DNA of 24,000 nt from Phocoenobacter uteri (GCF_900454895.1 NZ_UGTA01000001.1:2042638-2066637); one strand, 5' to 3'. Counted from the stretch's first letter, positions 7,446 to 19,324 are shown. Numbers and translations are program-made. The notes: a model not told the origin generated them from the letters alone.

Positions 7446-8291
7446 ATGCAACAATTTCTATTATTTATTAACATATTCAAAATTCGTTTTTCGGAAAATA
7501 AACTCTCGATGGCAGCAGGGCATTTAACCTATAACACGATGCTTGCGATTGTTCCTTTAATTATGGTTATGTTTTCTATTTTTGCTGCCTTTCCGATTTT
7601 TAATGAAGTCACTGGCGAGCTAAAAACCTTTATTTATCAAAACTTCGCTCCAAGTGTTGGCGATATTGTACAAACACACCTAGATAATTTTGTAAATAAT
7701 TCAAAGAAAATGAGTGCAGTAGGAACAATAGGACTGATTGCTATTGCGTTGTTGCTAATTTCAAATATAGATAATACCCTTAACACAATGTGGCATAAAA
7801 CCAAAAAACGCCCTTGGCTAATTTCTTTTGCCATTTATTGGATGATTTTAACCCTCGGACCATTACTTATTGGCGTGAGTATTTCAGTAAGTACTTACAT
7901 ACTTTCAATGAATTTTATGGGAACAGGCGAGTTAACTAATGCTGGACACCCATTTCTTTCTCTTGTGCCATTTTTTATTACGTGGTTACTTTTTACCTTA
8001 GTTTATACCATTGTGCCAAACACAACCGTATTATTCCGCCACGCCATTATCGGTGCATTATTGGCGGCAATTTTCTTTACCTTAGGTAAGCAAATTTTTG
8101 TGTGGTATATCACCTCATTCCCGTCTTATCAGGCAATTTATGGGGCATTAGCTGTGCTACCAATAATGATTGTGTGGATCCATTTAAGCTGGTTGGTGGT
8201 GTTAATCGGCGCTCAAATTGCTGCGGTGTTTAAAGATTTGATGTTAATAAATATTGGTACTCTTTCAATTGAAAATAAGGAAATAAAATGA
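7446..8291 (+). CDS. yihY: YihY/BrkB-family inner membrane protein (formerly annotated 'ribonuclease BN-like')
   Basis: 281 aa, multi-pass membrane protein. Blocks [48 protein letters not shown] and [20 protein letters not shown] match E. coli YihY as I recall it. The adjacency with dtd (ATGA overlap) is the same as in E. coli. Confidence 0.9.
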   Translation: MQQFLLFINIFKIRFSENKLSMAAGHLTYNTMLAIVPLIMVMFSIFAAFPIFNEVTGELKTFIYQNFAPSVGDIVQTHLDNFVNNSKKMSAVGTIGLIAIALLLISNIDNTLNTMWHKTKKRPWLISFAIYWMILTLGPLLIGVSISVSTYILSMNFMGTGELTNAGHPFLSLVPFFITWLLFTLVYTIVPNTTVLFRHAIIGALLAAIFFTLGKQIFVWYITSFPSYQAIYGALAVLPIMIVWIHLSWLVVLIGAQIAAVFKDLMLINIGTLSIENKEIK

Positions 8292-8722
8292 TTGCGTTAA
8301 TTCAGCGAGTAAAATGGGCAAAAGTAGAAATTGAAAATCAAACGGTGGGCGAGATTCAAAAAGGCTTATTGGTATTGCTTGGCGTGGAAAAAGAAGACGA
8401 TGAAGCCAAAGCGGATCGCTTGTTGGATAAAGTGCTAAATTACCGAGTATTTGAAGATAAACAGGGAAAAATGAACTTAAATGTTCAGCAAGCAAATGGT
8501 CACTTACTTATTGTTTCACAGTTCACTTTGGTAGCTGACACTCAAAAAGGCTTACGCCCAAGTTTCTCAAAAGGGGCAAAACCAAGCGACGCAGAGAAAC
8601 TATACGATTATTTTGTGCAACAAGCCACACCACGCATTTATACCCAAACAGGAAAATTTGGTGGCGATATGCAAGTGAGTTTACAAAATGATGGCCCTGT
8701 GACTTTTTGGTTGCAGGTTTAG
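8288..8722 (+). CDS. dtd: D-aminoacyl-tRNA deacylase
   Basis: 144 aa. It has the MIALIQRV N-terminus, the [17 protein letters not shown] motif and the [10 protein letters not shown]-terminus typical of Dtd. Confidence 0.95.
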   Translation: MIALIQRVKWAKVEIENQTVGEIQKGLLVLLGVEKEDDEAKADRLLDKVLNYRVFEDKQGKMNLNVQQANGHLLIVSQFTLVADTQKGLRPSFSKGAKPSDAEKLYDYFVQQATPRIYTQTGKFGGDMQVSLQNDGPVTFWLQV

Positions 8723-8976
8723 AAATTTTAGTTAATTATCAATAAATTACCGTAGGGGAGGATTGAATGAGCAAAGCGAATGGAATATCCTCCCGTAATA
8801 TCCCCATTTTATTTATGATAAATGTGTAAATTTTAAGGAAAATATTATCGCTATCTTTTATCATATTTAAAAAGTTTTATATCGAGCAATAGGCGGATAT
8901 ACGCAAACAAGTTTTCTAATCAGCCTCTGCTACTATAATGGAATAAAGGATAAATAGGTGTTTGCTCGTTTTGTAT

Positions 8977-9043
8977 AAGCGGTCAAATTTAGAACATTTT
9001 TACAAATTTTCGATCAAATTCCACCGCTTGTCTTGTTTTTTTT
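8977..9043 (+). terminator. USS-pair hairpin plus T8 tract with no upstream annotated gene
   Basis: AAGCGGT (8977-8983) pairs with ACCGCTT (9023-9029). The flanking CAAATT/AAATTC arms pair imperfectly. T8 lies at 9036-9043. The dtd stop codon is 255 nt upstream. Confidence 0.45.
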
Positions 9044-9199
9044 AAAATATGCCCCATTTATATGCAGTCACAGAAAAATAATTCATAACAACAGTAGTAA
9101 ACGAAGTGATAAAAATCGAACGTTGAATGCTTCACATTGTGTGAATTATTTTTTCGCAGACTATACAATTCATTTATAAAGCAAGAAAGGAAAACAATT

Positions 9200-9829
9200 A
9201 TGTCTTTAAATTTTGATTCAGTAAAATTAGAAACAACCGAAGAGAAAGGTGGTTACGGTATCGGTTTACAAATCGGTCAGCAGCTTTTAGGAAGTGGCTT
9301 AGAAGTTGAGCCTAACACGGTTATGCGTGGTATCTATGACGTGTTAAACCAAAACCAACCAGCGGTTGATTTCAATGAAATTACAGCTGCATTACAAGAA
9401 TTACAACAACGTGCAGAAGACGCACAAAAAGCGATGTTTGCTGAATTTGAAAAAGAAGGCAAAGCGTTCTTAGAAGAAAACAAAAAAGCGAATGGCGTGA
9501 AAGTAACTGAAAGTGGCTTACAATATGAAGTGCTTGTTGAAGGTACAGGTAAAGTGCCAAGTGCGGAAGATAAAGTACGTGTTCACTACGCAGGTTCTTT
9601 AATCACTGGTCAAGAATTTGATAGCTCAATCAAACGTGGTCAGCCAGCGGAATTCCCAGTGAATGGCGTAATCAAAGGTTGGACAGAAGCGTTAACTATG
9701 ATGCCAGCAGGGTCTAAATGGCGTTTAGTAATTCCACACGAGTTAGCGTACGGTGAGCGTGGTGCAGGTCAATCAATCCCTCCATTTAGCACATTAGTAT
9801 TCGAAGTAGAATTATTAGAAGTTTTATAA
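9200..9829 (+). CDS. fklB: FKBP-type peptidyl-prolyl cis-trans isomerase
   Basis: 209 aa from the ATG at 9200 (AAAGGA 8 nt upstream). It is collinear with E. coli FklB (GGYGIGLQIGQQL..., RVHYAGSLITGQEFDSS, PAEFPVNGVIKGWTEAL, ELAYGERGAGQSIPPFSTLVFEVELLEVL). The track start at 9137 adds a non-homologous leader. Confidence 0.93.
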   Translation: MSLNFDSVKLETTEEKGGYGIGLQIGQQLLGSGLEVEPNTVMRGIYDVLNQNQPAVDFNEITAALQELQQRAEDAQKAMFAEFEKEGKAFLEENKKANGVKVTESGLQYEVLVEGTGKVPSAEDKVRVHYAGSLITGQEFDSSIKRGQPAEFPVNGVIKGWTEALTMMPAGSKWRLVIPHELAYGERGAGQSIPPFSTLVFEVELLEVL

Positions 9830-9837
9830 TTCTCAAT

Positions 9838-9900
9838 AAGCGGTGATATTTTTTTTACATTCTTGCAAATTTGTATAAAAATTTTACCGCTTGTTTTTTC
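9838..9900 (+). terminator. fklB terminator formed by an inverted USS pair
   Basis: AAGCGGTGATATTTTT (9838-9853) pairs with AAAAATTTTACCGCTT (9877-9892) with 2 mismatches, followed by GTTTTTTC. Confidence 0.7.
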
Positions 9901-9986
9901 TATTTTTAAATATTTGGTAAGTTTATTTTCTATCTACAAGTAAATGCTGTATTATGGAGACCTATTCGTACTAAGGAACAATTTAA

Positions 9987-11204
9987 TTGACACAATTTAA
10001 CCAACTTGGATTATCTGATCCAATCTTAAAAGCCGTAACCGAACAAGGTTACGAAACACCAACTCCCATTCAAGCACAATCTGTCCCAGCCATTCTTTTA
10101 GGCAAAGATTTAATGGCAGCAGCACAAACAGGAACAGGGAAAACAGCAGGCTTTACGCTACCCATTTTAGAGATTTTAAGCAAAGGGCAAAAAGCAAAAG
10201 CCAATCGCACAAGAGCGTTAATTTTAACCCCAACACGAGAGTTAGCCGCTCAAATTGCGGAGAATGTGGCACTTTATAGCCAATATTTAGATCTCAAATC
10301 GGCGGTGGTTTTTGGAGGCGTGAAAATCAATCCACAAATGCAAAAATTATGTCGTGGGGCGGATATTTTAGTGGCAACACCAGGACGATTACTGGATTTA
10401 CACCAACAAAATGCGATTCATTTTGACCAATTAGAAGTCTTGGTTCTAGATGAAGCGGATCGTATGTTGGATATGGGCTTTATCCACGATATCAAAAAAA
10501 TCATTCGTTTATTACCAAAAAAACGCCAAAATTTATTATTTTCAGCAACCTTTTCAGAGGATATTCGCAACCTTGCGAAAGGGCTAATTCATAATCCTGT
10601 GGAAATTTCAGTCACCCCTGAAAACAGCACCGCAGAACGTGTTAGCCAAGTGATTTATCCTGTTGATAAATCGAAAAAAACAGCACTTTTAATCAAATTA
10701 ATTCAAGACAATAACTGGCAACAAGTATTAGTATTTAGCCGTACTAAACACGGTGCAAACCGATTAACCAAATTCCTTGAAAAAGCAAAAATTCCAGCTT
10801 CTGCGATTCACGGCAGTAAAAGTCAGGGAGCAAGAACTCGTGCCTTAGCAGAGTTTAAAGCAGGCGATATTCAAGTATTAGTTGCAACTGATATTGCAGC
10901 ACGAGGCATTGATATTGATTTATTACCTCACGTTATCAACTTTGATTTACCAAACGTTGCCGAAGATTATGTACATCGTATCGGACGTACAGGACGTGCT
11001 GGTTCATCAGGTCAGGCAATTTCATTAGTGTGTGCCGATGAATTAGATGACTTGAAAGGGATTGAGCGTTTAATTCAGCAAGTATTACCACGAGAAATCG
11101 TTGAAGGTTTTGAGCCTCAAAATAAATTACCTATTACGGTGTTAGATACTCGTCCTATTCGTAAACGACCAAAGAAGAAAAAGATAAAAAATCAAGATAA
11201 ATAA
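9987..11204 (+). CDS. rhlE: DEAD-box ATP-dependent RNA helicase
   Basis: 405 aa with the Q-motif (GYETPTPIQ) and the [21 protein letters not shown] and [10 protein letters not shown] motifs. It aligns with E. coli RhlE from residue 1. The start is TTG at 9987, with AAGGA 9 nt upstream and no nearby in-frame ATG. It has a short basic C-terminal tail. Confidence 0.92.
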   Translation: MTQFNQLGLSDPILKAVTEQGYETPTPIQAQSVPAILLGKDLMAAAQTGTGKTAGFTLPILEILSKGQKAKANRTRALILTPTRELAAQIAENVALYSQYLDLKSAVVFGGVKINPQMQKLCRGADILVATPGRLLDLHQQNAIHFDQLEVLVLDEADRMLDMGFIHDIKKIIRLLPKKRQNLLFSATFSEDIRNLAKGLIHNPVEISVTPENSTAERVSQVIYPVDKSKKTALLIKLIQDNNWQQVLVFSRTKHGANRLTKFLEKAKIPASAIHGSKSQGARTRALAEFKAGDIQVLVATDIAARGIDIDLLPHVINFDLPNVAEDYVHRIGRTGRAGSSGQAISLVCADELDDLKGIERLIQQVLPREIVEGFEPQNKLPITVLDTRPIRKRPKKKKIKNQDK

Positions 11205-11229
11205 AGTCAAACTTAAACTTGGCTGATTA

Positions 11230-11259
11230 TTGAAGAGCGTGATTATTTTGTGCTATATT
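11230..11259 (+). promoter_or_regulatory. Candidate sigma70 promoter for the small lipoprotein gene
   Basis: TTGAAG (11230-11235), an 18-nt spacer, then TGcTATATT (extended -10; hexamer at 11254-11259). Confidence 0.4.
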
Positions 11260-11294
11260 TGGCTTTCAGCGACTAGTTTAATAAGGATGTAAAC

Positions 11295-11420
11295 ATGAAA
11301 AAAATAATCTTTTTATTGATGGTATCAGCCACATTTATTCTAACAGCTTGTGATAAAAAAGATGCGTGTTTGGATAGTGGTGGACGTTATAATCAAGTAA
11401 CACAGCAATGTGAGAAATAA
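11295..11420 (+). CDS. Small lipoprotein, 41 aa (23-aa mature peptide)
   Basis: Not in the ORF track. ATG at 11295 with AAGGA 7 nt upstream. Product: MKKIIFLLMVSATFILTACDKKDACLDSGGRYNQVTQQCEK, with a basic n-region, a hydrophobic core and a lipobox LTA|C. The TAA stop at 11418-11420 is followed 6 nt later by a strong terminator. Confidence 0.7.
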   Translation: MKKIIFLLMVSATFILTACDKKDACLDSGGRYNQVTQQCEK

Positions 11421-11426
11421 TAAATT

Positions 11427-11470
11427 AACATCATTTTCATTTCATCAAAATGAAAATGATGTTTTGTTTT
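11427..11470. terminator. Strong hairpin terminator between the converging lipoprotein and sdhE genes
   Basis: aacatcattttcat (11427-11440) pairs perfectly with atgaaaatgatgtt (11450-11463), followed by ttgtttt on the + strand. On the - strand the hairpin is followed by an AT-rich tract. Confidence 0.85.
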
Positions 11471-11487
11471 AGATGTAAATCTGTCGA

Positions 11488-11733
11488 TTACACTTCTAAA
11501 CTTTTTTGGATCAGTTCAACCAGTTGTTGCATTTCTGGTTGCGGTGCTTTTTCTTGATTCATTAACCAACGAAAAAGCTCTGGATCGGTAAATTTTAGCA
11601 TTTCAACAAAGGTCGTTTGCTGTGCTTCGGATAAATTATCAAAATGATTCTTATAAAATGGCATTATCATTTCGTCTAATTCTCGCATACCTCGACGACA
11701 TTCCCACTCAATTCTAAAACGATTAAAATTCAT
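11488..11733 (-). CDS. sdhE: FAD assembly factor SdhE (YgfY/CptB, DUF339)
   Basis: 81 aa with the hallmark RIEWECRRGMRELD (RGxxE) motif and the size typical of SdhE. Confidence 0.9.
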   Translation of the reverse strand: MNFNRFRIEWECRRGMRELDEMIMPFYKNHFDNLSEAQQTTFVEMLKFTDPELFRWLMNQEKAPQPEMQQLVELIQKSLEV

Positions 11734-12677
11734 TATTTTACCTCTTTTATTCTAAGCTCTTTTGGTACTTCAAAAATGGTGTTTTCTTCACAGCCATCTA
11801 ATTCTTGGATTGTATCCACGCCCAGTGTTTTTAAATGTGAAACAACGGATTGCACGAGTATTTCAGGGGCTGAGGCACCTGCTGTGATACCGATAGTTTT
11901 TACATTTTCAAGCCATTTGGGATCGATATCTTCCGCACCATCGATCAATTTGGCAGATGTTCCCATTCGTGATGCTAATTCAGCTAAACGGTTGGAATTT
12001 GATGAATTTTTAGAGCCAACCACTAATACTAATTGCGATTGTTTTGCTAAATCTCGAACCGCTTGTTGGCGGTTGGTTGTCGCATAACAAATATCATTTT
12101 TACGAGGCCCTTGAATGGCGGGGTATTTCTGTTTTAGCTCTTCAATCACATCAATGGTGTCATCAATGGATAAGGTCGTTTGCGTCATAAAAGCAAGCTC
12201 ATCATCTTGATTAAGTGCTAATTTTGCAACATCTTCCACTGATTCAACTAAATAAATGCCACCATTTTGGTTATCATATTGCCCCATCGTACCTTCAACT
12301 TCAGGGTGTCCTTCGTGTCCGATTAAAATGGCTTTTGTACCTTTTCGGCTCGCACGAGCCACCTGCATATGCACTTTGGTTACCAGAGGACAGGTTGCAT
12401 CAAACACTTTTAGATTACGATTTTTTGCTTCGTTGCGTACGGCTTGAGACACGCCGTGTGCTGAGAAAATGACGATCGCATCATCAGGCACATCATCAAG
12501 TTCTTCAACAAAAATTGCCCCTTTTTGCTTTAATCCTTCTACCACAAAGCGATTATGCACCACCTCGTGTCGCACATAAATTGGTGCACCGTGAATTTCT
12601 AAGGCTAATTCTACAATAGAAATCGCACGATCTACCCCAGCACAGAATCCTCTCGGATTGGCTAATAATATTTTCAT
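11733..12677 (-). CDS. ispH: 4-hydroxy-3-methylbut-2-enyl diphosphate reductase
   Basis: 314 aa: [19 protein letters not shown]..., [23 protein letters not shown]. The three Fe-S cysteine contexts typical of IspH/LytB are present. Confidence 0.96.
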   Translation of the reverse strand: MKILLANPRGFCAGVDRAISIVELALEIHGAPIYVRHEVVHNRFVVEGLKQKGAIFVEELDDVPDDAIVIFSAHGVSQAVRNEAKNRNLKVFDATCPLVTKVHMQVARASRKGTKAILIGHEGHPEVEGTMGQYDNQNGGIYLVESVEDVAKLALNQDDELAFMTQTTLSIDDTIDVIEELKQKYPAIQGPRKNDICYATTNRQQAVRDLAKQSQLVLVVGSKNSSNSNRLAELASRMGTSAKLIDGAEDIDPKWLENVKTIGITAGASAPEILVQSVVSHLKTLGVDTIQELDGCEENTIFEVPKELRIKEVK

Positions 12678-13177
12678 TTAATCACTCTTTTTCTTCTTTT
12701 TGCCGTCTAAGAAACTTTCTAAGATCAGTAAGCCAGCACCCACAACAATGCCAATATCGGCAATATTAAAAACAGGATAATGATAGATATCCCAATAAAA
12801 ATCTAAAAAATCAATTACATAGCCGTTATATAAACGATCAACGCCATTTGCTAATGCCCCACCAATAATCAATGCATAAGCACTATTTGAAAGTTTTTGT
12901 GAATAACGATTTTTGCTTAATAATACGATTAACACCGTAGAAATAATTACCGCTAAGCTAATAAAAAAGTATTTTTGCCAACCTGAATGATCCGCTAAAA
13001 AGCTAAATGCTGCGCCCATATTGCGAACATAAGTTAAGTTAAAAATCGGTAAAATACTGATACTTTCATATAGGGCAAAACTCTTTACCACTAAATATTT
13101 GGTAAATAAATCTACCCCAAACACCACGACGCTTAGCCAAAGCCAATAAATCCCTGATTTTTCTGTTATTTTATTCA

Positions 13178-13178
<1 letters not shown>
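12678..13178 (-). CDS. lspA: Lipoprotein signal peptidase (signal peptidase II)
   Basis: 166 aa with four TM segments and conserved NxGAAFSF and FNIAD blocks. The start is GTG at 13178, overlapping the glnB TAG stop by 1 nt. Confidence 0.93.
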
Positions 13179-13549
<371 letters not shown>

Positions 13550-13560
13550 TTATAATACAT

Positions 13561-13629
13561 AAGCGGTAAGATTTTGATAAAAATTTACAAATTGTAAAAA
13601 GTGATCAAAATCTTACCGCTATATTTTTA
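13561..13629. terminator. Inverted USS pair hairpin between the lacZ stop and the glnB start (probable terminator or insulator)
   Basis: AAGCGGTAAGATTTT (13561-13575) pairs with AAAATCTTACCGCT (13607-13620). The T-rich run (atattttta) is on the + strand only, so efficiency as a - strand lacZ terminator is uncertain. Confidence 0.5.
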
Positions 13630-13637
13630 TCCATTCT

Positions 13638-16673
<3,036 letters not shown>

Positions 16674-16690
16674 TTATGGGTTAATTGCTA

Positions 16691-17959
16691 TTATACTTGC
16701 TCTGTGGTTAATTTTTTTCCTGTTAATGCAAACAGCGAGAAAATGGTGAACCCAAAGGCAATACAACCGAGAATGAAATAGGTGTCTTGGTAGCCGTGCA
16801 TATCGTATAATTTACCCACGATTGGTGATTCCACCATACTGACCACTTCTTTGATAAACTGACAAGCCACTAAGTACACGGTTGCTGAAAAATGCACTTC
16901 AAACACATTCGAAATATATTTGAATAAGCCCACTAAATAGAAGGGTACTTCAAACATATGTAAGGTTTTTAATACCACGACGTGCCACGCTTCCGTTGCA
17001 TAAGAAGAGCCTGTGATACGAATACTCATAATTACCCCCGCAATCAATAACGCATTTTTTGCACCGATAAAGCGGTTAATAATTACAGGCACGAAGAACA
17101 TAATAATGGCGTTTAATGTTTCCCCAAGCGTTGTGACGTAACCAAACATTTCAATCCCTTTTTCTTTTGATTCAAAGAAAGTATTAAAGAAATTACCAAA
17201 TTGTTGGTCAAAAATATCGTAGGTACAAGCAACACCGACAACATAAGCAATCAATGCCCAGAATTGAGGACGTTTTAACAATGCAAAGGCTTGTTTTAAG
17301 CTCACTGGATTTTTATTTTCACCTAATTTATTGATGACCGCAGAGGTTGAATTATTTGACGGTTTCATCATTGCCACCAGCACTAATAATACTACCGCCG
17401 CGATAGAGCCTAGCCAGAATACGGAATTTGGATTGGTGCTGTATAAGTTACCCGCCAAAGAGGCACAAATTCCCCAGCCAAACATACCGAACATTCTCGC
17501 ACGTCCATACTCAAAACGACTTAAACGGCTGATTCGTTCAATATAGGCTTCGGACGCAGGTGCACCACTTTTAAACACAAAGCCCATATAAGCCCCACCT
17601 GATAATGCCCCTAAAAAGACATTTACTTTTAAAAGCGGTGCAAAAACATAGATAAAGAACGGTGCATAGAAAAGCAAGGTGAGGGCAAGCACCCATAACA
17701 TATGTTTTTTAATGCCGAGTTTATCGGTTAAATAACCAAAAATAGGTTGAAAACAGATTGCCGAGAATGACATTAAAGAGAATACTAAGCCGATATCTTC
17801 CCCTGATAAGCCGTTAATGTCTCCTAACCAAATTCCCAAGAAAGGGAAACAGGTTGCCATAATGAAGAAGTAAGTGAAGAAATACGCTCCAGATACCCAA
17901 TAATTTCTGTTTGAAAGATAGTAATAATTGCTATCGTAAGATGATGTAGTTTCTGACAT
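16691..17959 (-). CDS. lacY: Lactose/oligosaccharide:H+ symporter, LacY family (MFS)
   Basis: 422 aa, alignable with E. coli LacY throughout as I recall it (YFFIM..FPF..IWL.DIN, FQPIFGYLTDKLG, EAYIERISR.S.FEYGRARMFG, TYDIFDQQFGNFF, LKTLHMFEVPF). Equivalents of E126, R144, E269, R302, H322 and E325 are all present. AAGGAG lies 6 nt before the ATG. Confidence 0.92.
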   Translation of the reverse strand: MSETTSSYDSNYYYLSNRNYWVSGAYFFTYFFIMATCFPFLGIWLGDINGLSGEDIGLVFSLMSFSAICFQPIFGYLTDKLGIKKHMLWVLALTLLFYAPFFIYVFAPLLKVNVFLGALSGGAYMGFVFKSGAPASEAYIERISRLSRFEYGRARMFGMFGWGICASLAGNLYSTNPNSVFWLGSIAAVVLLVLVAMMKPSNNSTSAVINKLGENKNPVSLKQAFALLKRPQFWALIAYVVGVACTYDIFDQQFGNFFNTFFESKEKGIEMFGYVTTLGETLNAIIMFFVPVIINRFIGAKNALLIAGVIMSIRITGSSYATEAWHVVVLKTLHMFEVPFYLVGLFKYISNVFEVHFSATVYLVACQFIKEVVSMVESPIVGKLYDMHGYQDTYFILGCIAFGFTIFSLFALTGKKLTTEQV

Positions 17960-18000
17960 AGAAAACTCCTTATTTGAGAATATTAGTTTAATTTTTGGCT

Positions 18001-18020
18001 AATTGTTAACGTTATCAATT
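18001..18020. promoter_or_regulatory. LacI/GalR-type operator palindrome O1
   Basis: AATTGTTAAC|GTTATCAATT is symmetric at 18 of 20 positions with a central CG. It overlaps the predicted lacY -10 box and spacer. Confidence 0.65.
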
Positions 18021-18030
18021 AAGTTATCAA
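18002..18030 (-). promoter_or_regulatory. Candidate CRP-dependent lacY-lacZ promoter
   Basis: On the - strand: TTGATA (18030-18025), a 17-nt spacer, then AACAAT (18007-18002). The predicted +1 is near 17995, which places CRP site 1 at -61.5. Confidence 0.35.
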
Positions 18031-18048
18031 GCTATGAATATTTAAAAA

Positions 18049-18064
18049 CGTGATCTGTATCACA
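18049..18064. promoter_or_regulatory. CRP (cAMP receptor protein) binding site 1
   Basis: cGTGATCTGTATCACA matches 9 of 10 half-site positions of TGTGA-N6-TCACA. The flanks aaa/aat also fit the 22-bp consensus. Confidence 0.7.
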
Positions 18065-18083
18065 AATGTTAAGGTTATCATTT
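18064..18083. promoter_or_regulatory. LacI-type operator-like palindrome O2 (central GG)
   Basis: AAATGTTAAG|GTTATCATTT is symmetric at 16 of 20 positions. It shares the core TGTTAAxGTTATCA with O1. Its centre lies 63 bp from the O1 centre. Confidence 0.45.
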
Positions 18084-18089
18084 TGGTTT

Positions 18090-18105
18090 TGTGATCTAGA
18101 TCTCA
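18090..18105. promoter_or_regulatory. CRP binding site 2
   Basis: TGTGATCTAGATCTCA matches 15 of 16 positions of the optimal TGTGATCTAGATCACA. Its centre lies 41 bp from the centre of site 1. Confidence 0.7.
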
Positions 18106-18113
18106 TTTTTAAG

Positions 18114-18125
18114 GTTAACGTTAAC
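18114..18125. promoter_or_regulatory. LacI-type operator-like palindrome O3
   Basis: GTTAAC|GTTAAC is a perfect 12-bp palindrome with a central CG and the same core as O1. It lies 66 nt upstream of the regulator's ATG. Confidence 0.5.
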
Positions 18126-18190
18126 AAAACATTTATACAAAATACTTTTTAGGCGTTAAAATAAGCAAAAAATTAAAAAGGATAATTAAA

Positions 18191-19189
18191 ATGGCATCAT
18201 TAAAACAAGTCGCAGAATTGGCGGGGGTCTCTTTAATGACGGTATCCAGAGCATTAAATCACCCCGAAAAACTATCAGAAAAAACCTATAATCACGTAAA
18301 AAAAGCTATCGATGAGCTGAATTATGTTCCTAATTTTTCAGCGAAGAACATTCGTGGTTCAACGGGAAAAACCATTGGCATTTTATCTTTGGGGACGGCA
18401 ACCACACCTTTCTCCGTTGAGATTATTCTTGCGATTGAAAAAACAGTAAGACAACACGGCTGGCACTCTTTTGTGATCAATACCTTTGAAGACGATGAGC
18501 AAGAGATGGAGCAGGCGGCTGAACGTTTGTTATCTTATCGCCCCGCTGGCATTATTGTGGCAAGAAATGGGTTAAAAGAGGTTAAAATTCCACAGAAATT
18601 GCGTAATATTCCTATCGTATTATCAAACTGTGTGACCAATGACATTGATGTTGCCAGCTATATTCCGAATGATTTCCAAGGACAATTTGATTTAACCGAG
18701 CTATTGGTTAAAAAAGGCTATAAAAAACCGCTGTGTATGTATATTCCAGAAATGGCAATCGCTGCCAAAGAGCGTAAAAATGGCTTTGAAAAAGCGTGGT
18801 TTAATCAAGCAAATCCGCAAACACCTGAACAACATTTTATGATTGGCACGCCTCATACTTATGAAAATGGGGCAAAGCCTCTGGAAAGATTGCTTGCGAG
18901 TAATCCTGAAAAACTCGATTTTGATATCATAGTGTGTGGCAATGACCGTATTGCATTTTTGGTTTATCAACTCTTATTGGGCAGAGGGTTCCGTATTCCA
19001 GAAGATGTTGCTGTGGTTGGTTACGATAATATGGTCGGCGTCACACACTTATTTCAACCTGCATTAACAACGGTTCAACTTCCCCACTATGAAATGGGAA
19101 AACAGGCAGCCCTGCATTTTATCGAAGGAAGAGTAACTAAAGAAGACACCTTGATCGACTGTCCGTTGATTGCGGGAGAGTCTTGTTAA
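18191..19189 (+). CDS. LacI/GalR-family transcriptional regulator (probable lac cluster repressor)
   Basis: 332 aa. It has an N-terminal HTH (ASLKQVAELAGVSLMTVSRALN) and a periplasmic-binding-protein-like sugar-binding core (VVGYDN). It is divergent from lacY. The effector cannot be assigned from sequence. Confidence 0.9.
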   Translation: MASLKQVAELAGVSLMTVSRALNHPEKLSEKTYNHVKKAIDELNYVPNFSAKNIRGSTGKTIGILSLGTATTPFSVEIILAIEKTVRQHGWHSFVINTFEDDEQEMEQAAERLLSYRPAGIIVARNGLKEVKIPQKLRNIPIVLSNCVTNDIDVASYIPNDFQGQFDLTELLVKKGYKKPLCMYIPEMAIAAKERKNGFEKAWFNQANPQTPEQHFMIGTPHTYENGAKPLERLLASNPEKLDFDIIVCGNDRIAFLVYQLLLGRGFRIPEDVAVVGYDNMVGVTHLFQPALTTVQLPHYEMGKQAALHFIEGRVTKEDTLIDCPLIAGESC

Positions 19190-19270
19190 ATTTGATTTTA
19201 ATGGTCATTTTTTGCAAATTTTTCATAAAATATGACCGCTTGTAGTTAATCATAACGGTGTATTTTTAGA

Positions 19271-19324
19271 AATTAAAAAATCCGATTTATGGGCGTTAAC
19301 CTATAAATCGGATTTTATTTTCAG
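19271..19324. terminator. Bidirectional terminator between the converging regulator and PTS IID genes
   Basis: aaaatccgatttat (19277-19290) pairs perfectly with ataaatcggatttt (19303-19316). An A-run lies upstream and a T-run downstream, so it is usable on both strands. Confidence 0.8.

Noticed and set aside
7637-8495. Minus-strand ORFs 7637-7834 and 8265-8495
   Set aside because: They are antisense to yihY and dtd, both of which are confidently identified. No independent support was found.
9137-9199. N-terminal extension of fklB in the ORF track (MCELFFRRLYNSFIKQERKTI)
   Set aside because: The extension has no counterpart in FklB homologues. It starts at a non-ATG codon inside the promoter-like region. 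The internal ATG at 9200 has a good Shine-Dalgarno sequence and aligns with the E. coli FklB N-terminus.
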